Part shown: piece by piece, positions 1-8,910 of the stretch
How positions within the stretch are numbered: the first letter of the stretch is position 1
Layout: each line of letters begins with the position of its first letter
Source: Trypanosoma brucei
Taxonomy: Eukaryota
Length of the DNA: 64,000 nucleotides
NCBI GenBank assembly: GCA_000002445.1
Contig: CP000066.1
Coordinates: forward strand, 160,001 to 224,000
Reading direction: 5' to 3'
Made by a program: the position numbers and the translations under genes
The notes under the pieces: model-generated
Seen by the model: the letters and a program-made list of their open reading frames with translations, nothing else
Told to the model about the DNA's origin: nothing
Database searches by the model: none

Positions 1-147
1 TTCAGTTAAAAGTTTGCGTCCTTCTTCTCGCTGTCGCATGTTATAAATTTTTATACCGACTAAAAATACACCCAAAATGACAAATGCAACCCAACTCTGA
101 TCGAGAAGGAATGAGAACCAGTCGTTCTCTGCGGGTGAAATCGACAT
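1..147 (-). CDS. Partial ORF, N-terminal 49 codons of a putative membrane protein. ATG at 147..145; the ORF runs off the window edge.
   Basis: Reverse-strand ATG at 145-147 (cat on + strand). Open frame continues to position 1 and encodes a hydrophobic helix (SWVAFVILGVFLVGIKIY). Same orientation as the surrounding gene array. No other support. Confidence 0.25.
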   Translation of the reverse strand, partial: MSISPAENDWFSFLLDQSWVAFVILGVFLVGIKIYNMRQREEGRKLLTE

Positions 148-523
148 TTGCACGTCCTATAGAGCCAACTTGTGAAGTTGCTTGTAATTAAATGGGCAAA
201 AGTTGTTGCACCACTTACTATGCCGGTTGTGTCTCCTTCACAAACTCGAACACGCAGGAAAGCGGCAACGCGTGAAGAGAAACAGTAAAGAAAAAAAAAT
301 TGGGAACGAATAAGTGCTACCTGAAAATTACAAATACAAAAGGTAGAGAGTATCCAAGGCGATTACACGTGAAGTTAAGATGATGGGACAAACAAAGGTT
401 TTAGAGACAACCATTTGACACACCTACGGAGAGCTTAAGCCAACGATCCTGGCGGTTTAGTTGTTGTGTAATTCGGTACGTGTGGGCTGATGTGGGAGAA
501 GAGCATGGAGAGATGACTCTCCT

Positions 524-1414
524 TCACCTCGCTGCACTTGACTCTCTGCGGTAAGATTTGAAGGCTTGGACGATACGGAACACGAACATGGCAACACCAA
601 AAAAGATACTCATGCTGTACTGTTCATAAAACCCCTTCTCCGGTGGTTTCCTCCGTGTTAATCCAATAATAATACTTCCTTCATACGCCCTCTGATCTGT
701 TGCACCTTGTGGATTATTTCCTGCACCTACACCGCGACTGACACGATGTCCCCTCCTCCTCCTTCCTGCATTACGCCGGTTGGTTGAGCCTTGTGAACCC
801 TCATCCTCAGTGACGTCTTTCTTATGTACACACGAAGCCGTTAAACTGTTAGCAACGAACTCAAGTTCGACGTACTGAAGCGTTTGCTTCGCCCTCCAGC
901 TGTCACTTTTCAGGCCTCGTGCATCGCTTCCAATTGCACGAATAAATACGCTTGGTTGAATTGTACCGCACTCACTTGCTGCATTTCCGGGTTTCGAGAA
1001 GTGCCCCACATATTCCACCAGCTGCGTCATTCGCATTTCTCCTTCAAAACCTGGACGGTATTCTGTTGGAAGCGCATTGAGCCGCTCACCACAAATGATG
1101 TAATGTTTCACCGCCTCCTCATCCGCTCCGGCAGCAAATGCCCTGAGACCACTCGCATCATGTTCAACAGTTCCTTCGAGGGCTCCTGTGAAGTTAACAT
1201 TTACGGATTGCATATAAGCGGTACCGTCAGTGAAGGTCACCGTTTCACCAATAATAAATGGGCGACATGGAGTTTGTACCACAATACCCCATTCCCCACT
1301 CATACGCGAGGTAATTTGATGAGGAAGTTGCACATTCACTGCTCTGCCACCAGTGGTGAAGAAGGCGTAAAAGAGCAGTGGGACTAAGAGAAACCCCCTC
1401 ATCATCGTTAGCAT
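524..1414 (-). CDS. Hypothetical protein with N-terminal signal-peptide-like segment and a C-terminal hydrophobic segment
   Basis: Long non-repetitive ORF in the array orientation. The caller's start at 1423 is GTG; the first ATG is at 1414 (MLTMMRGFLLVPLLFYAFFTTGG..., signal-peptide-like). C-terminal IFFGVAMFVFRIV is a hydrophobic stretch. No recognisable catalytic motif. Confidence 0.6.
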   Translation of the reverse strand: MLTMMRGFLLVPLLFYAFFTTGGRAVNVQLPHQITSRMSGEWGIVVQTPCRPFIIGETVTFTDGTAYMQSVNVNFTGALEGTVEHDASGLRAFAAGADEEAVKHYIICGERLNALPTEYRPGFEGEMRMTQLVEYVGHFSKPGNAASECGTIQPSVFIRAIGSDARGLKSDSWRAKQTLQYVELEFVANSLTASCVHKKDVTEDEGSQGSTNRRNAGRRRRGHRVSRGVGAGNNPQGATDQRAYEGSIIIGLTRRKPPEKGFYEQYSMSIFFGVAMFVFRIVQAFKSYRRESSAAR

Positions 1415-1753
1415 CTCATTCACAAGACGAAAGGGAAGAAAAATATTGGTGATAACGAAGCTGCTTGCGTGCTCACATAATGATGTTAGTTCGCCACAAA
1501 CAAAGGGGAGAGGAAAAGTAAAAATAAAAATAAATGTGACTGATGTATATTAAACGGATGAATTGAAATAACATGTCGATGAAACGCAAGCAAGCAAAGA
1601 AGAAAGTGTGTGGAGAAGTGTAATGAAAAGGCTAAGCGACGCCTCATATCCTCACAGTACTGTGGCATATACACACACACATAATCATTCCACATCACAC
1701 ATAACTTGTGTGGCACTGAATGAAAAGAAGAAAAAACAAAGCCATGTCGACTG

Positions 1754-1942
1754 TTACAAGTCGTCATCGTAGTTGGGTCGTAGGAAGTCGTTCCAGGCCA
1801 TACTAAACAGATCAACACCATGATTCGATTTGACAACAATATAAACTGCTGTAAACGCGGCAAGTAACAGAGCGATGTTTAACACGCCGGAGACCATCGT
1901 ACCGACGGGGTTCACCATTTCGGGCCGCTGGTGGTTCATCAT
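1754..1942 (-). CDS. Candidate small (62 aa) single-pass membrane protein
   Basis: Non-low-complexity, GC-balanced stretch inside an otherwise low-complexity spacer. Tandem ATG ATG at 1942..1937 (MMNHQRPEMVNPVGTMVSGVLNIALLLAAFTAVYIVVKSNHG...YDDDL) with one clear TM helix. The caller extended it upstream through a purine-rich, low-complexity tract to an ATG at 2023. Confidence 0.3.
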   Translation of the reverse strand: MMNHQRPEMVNPVGTMVSGVLNIALLLAAFTAVYIVVKSNHGVDLFSMAWNDFLRPNYDDDL

Positions 1943-2236
1943 CTCCCCTTTCCCTTTTGTTTTTGTTTTGTTATCGCCTTTTCTTTTTTCGTAAGGGGTG
2001 CGACTATTCATGTGACAGTGCAATCAAGAAAAAAAAGGGGGAAAAGAAGTTGTTGGTGCTGGAAAAATGAGTCCTGTCACAGAAGATCACATGTGTATCT
2101 GGTTAGGTTATCCTAGACAGAATTTCAACAAGAAAATAATAATAATAATAATAAACACACTATGGAATGTAACGCTGGCTGTTTTACGTGTAATAACGAA
2201 GGGATGTAAGGAAGAGAAATAGTACAAGGGTTAAGT

Positions 2237-3373
2237 TTACTCGTCAGGTTTGTGGTTGTACAAACCCTTCTCCATCATCTCAACAGATACGGCAAAAAAC
2301 GCTTCTTCATCCATTTTGGCGTTTCTGGCGGGACCGCTGTCGCGCGGAGCCGAACCCTCCATTGGTTCCTTGACAAAAGCGGCATTCGTGAAACTGGGCA
2401 TTAACGCAGCGAAATAAGAGCGCTTGACGTTATTGCGGAAGTTCCGCCTCCCGGTACCCTTCTCTGCACCACCTGCACGTCTGGAGGGTCGAAGTCGGTG
2501 CTCCACAGCAGCCGGATACTCTGCAACTTTCCTGCAACCTAAACAATATATATATTCCCCATCCACACAACGCCTCGATACCTGAAAGCCCCAGGTTAGA
2601 CATTTCATGAGTCTCAGGAAACTTCCTTTTTCTCGGGACACCATGCAGAGAGGAAACCTTAACAACAAGGCACCTGACGGTTTAAGAAGATACGAACTTA
2701 GCGTCATCGCATCTCTGACATCCTGCAGTACGCTTACGGTAGAAACCGAGTTTTGTGGAAACATCCCCATTTCATGAGGCCCACTGAAGTCAAGTGCCAC
2801 AACGTCTGCCGCGCAGCTGTGAAATAACTCCCGCAAAAAAACGACAGGAGTACACACGACAGCACTTTTGTCAGATAAACCGCCTTCCAACAGATGCGGC
2901 TCAACGGATGAGGGAAAACGATCCGACATGGACTGGTGTGCGGTGTGCCGCCTGACATGCGCAGCCGCCTCATTTACTGTAAGAGGAAGTTCGCAAGCTT
3001 TTGAAAAATTATTACCAACTGGCTCTTGGACCCCAATGTTGCAGCAGGAGCCAGAGAATAAATAAAAAAGGGGATCAGCCGAAACATTGAAATCCGCTTC
3101 ATCGAACAGCGACTGGAGAAAACGCTCCTTGCGACTGTACTCATCCTCTAATCGAAGGGGATGCAGAACATTTCCCACATGTTCATGTTGCACCAGCGGT
3201 CGCTTCAGCTCCCGACAGCGTGACAAGTGTTCCACTATCAACGATTGCACTGTGCCATGCCACTGGCCACCAATGTAAAAAAGACGAGCATCATTTATGA
3301 GCCACTGATGCTTTCTTTGCAATGTATTCAATACTTTTCTCACTCCACCGACGCTTACCACCGCTTCATTCAT
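2237..3373 (-). CDS. Hypothetical protein (379 aa from first ATG), possibly a degenerate metallophosphatase-like fold
   Basis: Caller start at 3421 is TTG; first in-frame ATG at 3373 (MNEAVVSVGG...). Segment LFYIGGQWHGTVQSLIVEHL is spaced like the GDxHG...L metal-binding motif of PPP phosphatases but lacks the Asp. No confident family assignment. Confidence 0.55.
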   Translation of the reverse strand: MNEAVVSVGGVRKVLNTLQRKHQWLINDARLFYIGGQWHGTVQSLIVEHLSRCRELKRPLVQHEHVGNVLHPLRLEDEYSRKERFLQSLFDEADFNVSADPLFYLFSGSCCNIGVQEPVGNNFSKACELPLTVNEAAAHVRRHTAHQSMSDRFPSSVEPHLLEGGLSDKSAVVCTPVVFLRELFHSCAADVVALDFSGPHEMGMFPQNSVSTVSVLQDVRDAMTLSSYLLKPSGALLLRFPLCMVSREKGSFLRLMKCLTWGFQVSRRCVDGEYIYCLGCRKVAEYPAAVEHRLRPSRRAGGAEKGTGRRNFRNNVKRSYFAALMPSFTNAAFVKEPMEGSAPRDSGPARNAKMDEEAFFAVSVEMMEKGLYNHKPDE

Positions 3374-3699
3374 CAGGTGAAACAGCGTAAAAACATGTAC
3401 CAAACGAAAACAAACAAACAAACAAACACAGCTGAAACGGTTATGTTTGATAATCCTTTATACGCAAATGGGATAGAGACACATACAAAGAGAAGTAAAA
3501 GGAGAGGAGCGGAGTACTGGGAAATGTCAGCGGAGATGAAAGCAAAGCAAATGATCCGATTTTACAGAAAAAAAAATGAAAAATATCCACCAGTGGGAAG
3601 GAGTGCATGTCACAAAATTAACTACTCCAGCGCAAGACATTACTTCAAATCAACAGAGACTGTGATGTGCAACGAAAATTATACAGCAGGGAAACATCG

Positions 3700-5148
3700 T
3701 TAGGTGATGGGAACACCACAACTACGGGTGGTCGGAGTTGTAGGCGCCTGCGTGAAGCAGCTTCCAAGGAGCCGATCCTTTTTGAAAAGATAATCCTGCT
3801 CCAAAAGACTACAGACCCTTATAAAATTTTCCATTTCTTTTTGCATCAGCATCATGCGCAATTCATTGGCTGCAGTGCATTGGTTGCCAAGTTGGGAAAT
3901 GAAAAGTGTCTGGCGCCTTGATCGTAGCAATTCATTCGCCAGTTCATGCAACGGCACCTGCGCGATCAAGTTGCAAACGCAGTCTTGAGTTTGGGACTCT
4001 CTGGAGGCGATTGACGAATTAAGTGAACTTTCAGGAGTTGAACGACCACCACTACGATACACAACGGGGGGCAAATAAGGATCAGACGCGTTGCTGCTGC
4101 CAGAAGTTTTGGTGCCTTTTTGAACCTCCCCAAATATTTTGGCTGGCTGCTCAGCAACAGCCACTGCAGCGGAATCGCTCCCATTCCCAGACGGACCGAC
4201 TTCCGTGGAAGTTATTTGGGAAGTTAAACTTGAATCGGCACAGCAATTTGATTGCAGGAGAATGTTTTTTAGTGCCGCCCGCTCATTTCTGAGTTGCCTT
4301 GCGGCGTCAGCCAACGCCTCACGCTTCGCGTCGACACAAACCTCAACTTCTTCTGTAAGTTGTTTAACGCGTATTTCATGAAGTTGAGCTCTCGACACCA
4401 TCGCGTCCGATACCGTGTTGTAGGCGTCCAAGTTTGTCTCAGAATCATATGCAGCTATGCAAATCTTCGATACAGTCCCGCCAATGTTGCGCAAGACGTC
4501 AGCAATTTCTATCCGTTCGTTGTCATCAAAAATAGCACCATCATCATCTAACAAGGCGCGGCATAGTTTATCGTAATTTTTTGCCATTTCTCTCGCAAAC
4601 ATTTTCATGCTAACGGGAAAAGTAACGCGAGAAGGTGGTGAACTAATTCCATCACTAACTAGAGTTTTGTTTTCGGAAAGTGTACCGGCCTCACTGCCAC
4701 TACGCCGTTGTTGGGGACCCCTTTCATCAACTTCAACTCCCTCAGTTTCCCTCAATGCAGAATTTGTTAAATACTGTAAGAAGGAAGACCCAGGAAGGCG
4801 AGGCATGGGAGAACTTTTACATGCCTTTTGTTGTCCAATACACCCTTTTTCACTATCAGAGTTATGTTCTCTATCATATGGTTTAGGGGGTGGCCGACGT
4901 GGCCGAGTTACGGACTCTCGAGTATTGGAAAAAGAGGGACTATTATTTTTTATCAAAGGTTCACCCGGTTTCAACCCTTCAGGATTCCGCGGAAAAAGAG
5001 ATGGCCACGACATACCCCATGAATTATCACCAGATACTCCTTGTGTTGAACCATTAACCGCTTCAGCGCATTTGCGCGCTCGCGACTCGGGTTTCACTAC
5101 ATTACATGTATCGCTCTTCTCCCTAAAAGGACAGGGCGTTGATAGCAT
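3700..5148 (-). CDS. Hypothetical protein, Ser/Pro-rich with a central coiled-coil-like segment
   Basis: ATG-initiated 482-aa ORF in array orientation. Heptad-like segment LHEIRVKQLTEEVEVCVDAKREALADAARQLRNERAALKNILL. No catalytic motifs. Confidence 0.6.
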   Translation of the reverse strand: MLSTPCPFREKSDTCNVVKPESRARKCAEAVNGSTQGVSGDNSWGMSWPSLFPRNPEGLKPGEPLIKNNSPSFSNTRESVTRPRRPPPKPYDREHNSDSEKGCIGQQKACKSSPMPRLPGSSFLQYLTNSALRETEGVEVDERGPQQRRSGSEAGTLSENKTLVSDGISSPPSRVTFPVSMKMFAREMAKNYDKLCRALLDDDGAIFDDNERIEIADVLRNIGGTVSKICIAAYDSETNLDAYNTVSDAMVSRAQLHEIRVKQLTEEVEVCVDAKREALADAARQLRNERAALKNILLQSNCCADSSLTSQITSTEVGPSGNGSDSAAVAVAEQPAKIFGEVQKGTKTSGSSNASDPYLPPVVYRSGGRSTPESSLNSSIASRESQTQDCVCNLIAQVPLHELANELLRSRRQTLFISQLGNQCTAANELRMMLMQKEMENFIRVCSLLEQDYLFKKDRLLGSCFTQAPTTPTTRSCGVPIT

Positions 5149-5708
5149 AATCCTCCTACCTACTTTTGAGTAGTGAAAAATAATAATAATTATTATTATT
5201 ATAAGGAAAGGTAGTGCAACAGAGCACGCAATTAAATCATGATTTTATTTGTGTTTATCTCCCCCTCCGCAATCAACGGTAAAAAAAGGGCCCAGCACCA
5301 CCGTACGTACCGTCAAGTAGCAGAGTTAGTAACTTCAATGAAAATTGCTGCATCGCTGCTGCTCCCACAAACAACGTAATGCCAAGAAACAAATAAAGGA
5401 GGCAACCCTTCGAGTGGTCTTCGTGAGGCATCAAAATGTGAAGCTTCATGCAACCAAACCAAAATTATAGACACGCATATGTACATGTACATGTATATAT
5501 TATATTATATATATATATATATATATATACTTATTTGCTTATGTGCAAAAGCAGCACCTAATAATGATACAGCTTACTCGCACTACTCCACCCCCCCTCC
5601 TCCTCGAAAGAACTTTGAAAATTGCTTACCGGCAGCACGTTTCAATTGCGGTATCGCCACCACTCGGACGCAACGGTTGGGTCATACAAAAGGGTTTCAA
5701 TGGAAATG

Positions 5709-7463
5709 TTAATAACGAGGTCGCGGATGGCCCACCACCTTTAGACCATTACCAGGTACAATCGGTATAAGAAACTTATGCGGCCGTCCCACTTCCTGCT
5801 GAAGTTCCTTGTTGATTTCGGTATCACTTTGAGAGACGGCGCCATGCAACTGCAGATCCCAGTTGAGAAATAAATAAGCCAGGGCAACTTGGGTTTCCAT
5901 CATGGAAAGATGCTGCCCGAGGCAGTTACGGGGACCGTTGATGAAAGGAATAAACGCATACGGGTCGATGCGTTTCTCGTACTTTTCACCAGTTGGTGGT
6001 GAATTTGTGTCATTCGGTATGGCGACATCGAGAAATCGTTCTGGATTGAATGATCCAGGATCTTCCCAGATATCTGGCCGCTGATGAACGCCCTCAATTC
6101 CCACGGCTACCGAACAGCCGGCAGGAATAACAACATCTTTATCGAGGCCTGTTTCAGAAGCAGGCCACTTATCGTTATTGACAGCCACCCGCATTACCAA
6201 CGGAACAACGCTATGTTTACGCAATGTTTCACGCAGAACAGCAGGCGTCCAGCGCAGTGAGCTCCGTACAGCAGATGCGGATGGAATGCCCCACACACCT
6301 TCTGGTGTTTCCATAGTTCTGTCGCAATGCGCCGGATCAAAAAGTGCCTTCGCCTCCTCCACCACCTTGTCCCGTATTTCTGGATGGCATATAACTTCGT
6401 AAGTGGCCCATGTGAGCAACGCTGCAGATGTCTCATGACCAGCAAGAAGTAACGTCTTCACATCGTCTCGAAGCTGGAGGAGCATATTATTATCGAGAGC
6501 ATCAACTTGCGACAAACAAAGGGACATGACATCTTTCTGAGAACCTTCATTTCGTTGCCTCCAGCGCTCCTGAATGATGTCGCAGATGACTGCATTAAGT
6601 CGCTTCAAACACCTGCGCCGCTCTCGAAAGCCATCGGAAAAGAACATGAAGGCGCGCCACGGCTCCCAAACTCGGCGGTTACACTCGTGTACAATTGGCA
6701 AATAGAGGGTTGGAAAAATGCGATCCGTTTCCTCAGCGCTCAGGGACAACACCGTCTCTCCAATCACCTGTAACGTCAGGTGCCGAAATTCTTCGTTAAG
6801 GTCTAAAAACGGAACCCCACTGCCGACAGTTCGCAATTTCTCCATTATTCTTCCAACAGCCCTCATAGTCATTTCAGGCATATCCTCAAGAATATCAATT
6901 CGCAGTGAATGTGAAAGCATGAGTCGTCCCTTTCTCCATTTATGCCCCTCAGCTGTAACTAGACCATTCCCAAGGAGACACATGAAGTGTTTGTATGACG
7001 ATGCGATATCTTTCGTATAATTCCGCTGGTTGCTGAGCAGCACACGCTTGATGAGAGCTGGTTCATTAATGTACACCACGCGCTGACTAAAAACAGTAAA
7101 TGCCACGATTCGATTAGTTCCTGCTTTGGTTACTGCCACCGTATTTTCTCTCTTTGCCTTCCATGGCCTAAGACTCCATGAGGCCATTTTAGAAGACGGA
7201 GAACCTTCCAAAAGTTCTAAAGCGTGACCCAACACCGGAAGCCCGCCAGGAGCGCGTGGAATATTCGCCAAGTAACGGTCCATACGAATAGCCGGCACCA
7301 CAACGTTGGACAACCACAACATTATAATGAACATCAACATTGACATGAAACCCACCCAAATAAGGTCACTCGTTGAATAGTATAAAAAAATATCGTTAAG
7401 AAACATAAATGACCCCGAAACGAACCCTCCATTAAGACTTGAGGTATTCGTTATTACAGCCAT
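5709..7463 (-). CDS. Cytochrome P450 monooxygenase, N-terminally membrane-anchored
   Basis: Heme-binding signature FIPFINGPRNCLGQHL (FxxGxRxCxG). I-helix AGHETS (LLLAGHETSAALLTW). K-helix ETLR (VLRETLRKH). N-terminal TM segment. Caller start at 7481 is GTG; first ATG at 7463 (MAVITNTSS...). Does not match the CYP51 sequence I remember, so this is a different CYP family. Confidence 0.85.
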   Translation of the reverse strand: MAVITNTSSLNGGFVSGSFMFLNDIFLYYSTSDLIWVGFMSMLMFIIMLWLSNVVVPAIRMDRYLANIPRAPGGLPVLGHALELLEGSPSSKMASWSLRPWKAKRENTVAVTKAGTNRIVAFTVFSQRVVYINEPALIKRVLLSNQRNYTKDIASSYKHFMCLLGNGLVTAEGHKWRKGRLMLSHSLRIDILEDMPEMTMRAVGRIMEKLRTVGSGVPFLDLNEEFRHLTLQVIGETVLSLSAEETDRIFPTLYLPIVHECNRRVWEPWRAFMFFSDGFRERRRCLKRLNAVICDIIQERWRQRNEGSQKDVMSLCLSQVDALDNNMLLQLRDDVKTLLLAGHETSAALLTWATYEVICHPEIRDKVVEEAKALFDPAHCDRTMETPEGVWGIPSASAVRSSLRWTPAVLRETLRKHSVVPLVMRVAVNNDKWPASETGLDKDVVIPAGCSVAVGIEGVHQRPDIWEDPGSFNPERFLDVAIPNDTNSPPTGEKYEKRIDPYAFIPFINGPRNCLGQHLSMMETQVALAYLFLNWDLQLHGAVSQSDTEINKELQQEVGRPHKFLIPIVPGNGLKVVGHPRPRY

Positions 7464-7865
7464 CGACTGCAATTGCTTCACTATATATAAATAAATAAAT
7501 ATTTATATTAATATTTATATTTAAAAAAATTTTACTGCTCCACCGATGCTGAAGGCACAGACAGACAGACAGACACACACACACCAACTGATATAAGACG
7601 AGAAAAAACAAACAAAAAACAAACTAACAAACTAACAAATATAATTTTTAACGGTAAATGTAACTTACAGACTAAACTACCAGTCACTTGGCGATGTAAC
7701 GTCCTACCTTGATAACTCTCTCTCTCTCTCTCGAAAAAAAAAGGCTCGTCAAACGGTAGAGGGGAAGACAAAAAAAAAAGATAAACGCTAAAATAATAAT
7801 GATAATGATTGAACTTGCTTGATTTTTTTAAAAAAAAATGCAGAAAGAAAGAAAAGGTAAGTATA

Positions 7866-8294
7866 AAAATACAAATAAATGCACAGACAAAAAAAATAAT
7901 AAACAAACAAATGTATATTTAGTTAAGCAAAGAAGGTGCAGATACTGGATAAATTTTGCAACTCCTGTAGAATACAGTCTCCACTCCACTCATCACCACA
8001 AGGGGAGGAGAAAAAAAAATGGAGAAGAAAACACGCACTCGCATGCCGAATGACTCACAACATACACACATACTTTGCAACCCAATGTCTACTGGCCTTA
8101 ATAAGCACATTCACATCAGAAATATATCGGCACATCAGGAGGCAACAAATGTTTTGGATGGTGTAAAAGAAATATTTCCGCATGTTTGTCTAGTGGAATC
8201 ATCCACTTGTCAGCTCAGTCATATTATAAGTTTATTATTGCGTGTAACTTCTTCACACATTCATATTTTTTCCCCTTTCCTTTTAGAGTTGCCC
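7866..8294 (-). repeat. Dispersed intergenic repeat, copy 1 (full-length, about 429 bp)
   Basis: Near-identical to 35025-35459 over about 430 bp (a handful of substitutions, one 11-bp indel near the right end). Contains all of copy 2. Lies between the P450 and kinase genes. Confidence 0.9.
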
Positions 8295-8910
8295 TTTCGA
8301 AGGTGTTTTTTTTTTTTCACGATATCCGGTCAGTGCACGTTAGTGGTGTTGAAAGGTAAAATAAAAAGCATAAAACGCTTTCTTGTACGCAATCAACGCA
8401 ACAGCTATCATGATGATAACACGTGTTTCCACCGTAACTTGAACCTAAAGAGTTGCGAAAACCAAAAAAAAAAAAAGAAGGAGGAGGAACAATTAAAAAG
8501 CGGGAGTTGCAGTCTTTCACAGCGTAGACAAACGAATATGCACAAAAACAAACATTGTGCTAAACGTAAAAGGCAGTCAGTCACATTTAGGTGGAACACA
8601 AATATCGAAGCATATAAATAGATACTTAATGAACATCGTACAACCCCGAACAACGGTTGCAGTATTCTATGTCAGCTGCGCTAATCATGACAATAGCCTC
8701 CACGTACCAAAGAAGGAGCAAAGGTAAAAACAACAGAGAAAAGGGAGAAAGAAACAAATGAAGAAAGAAGAGGAAGACAAAAAAAGAAAAAGAAAAGAAA
8801 AGAAGAACGATGCCTCTGCGTGGGTGCCATCGCCTTACGAAAGTTCATGCAGCATTGCATATGTAAATATATGTATCTGTATATCAATTTATTTCTTGTG
8901 TGTTCTTTCT

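Noticed and set aside
884-1387. 167-aa plus-strand ORF antisense to the 524-1414 gene, and similar antisense ORFs inside most long genes
   Set aside because: Fully nested antisense to longer same-orientation ORFs of the array. Kinetoplastid arrays are unidirectional. The longer sense ORFs have the better composition.
7866-8294. Repeat family as RIME/ingi/SLACS retroposon fragments or as a protein-coding element (conserved 85-120-aa ORF 'MEKKTRTRMPNDSQHTH...' present in all copies)
   Set aside because: Does not match my recollection of those elements. The conserved ORF runs opposite to local transcription (it is on the + strand while local transcription is leftward) and is His/Ser/Thr-rich with no motif. 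Its conservation is explained by the near-identity of the DNA copies. Kept as a non-coding repeat.
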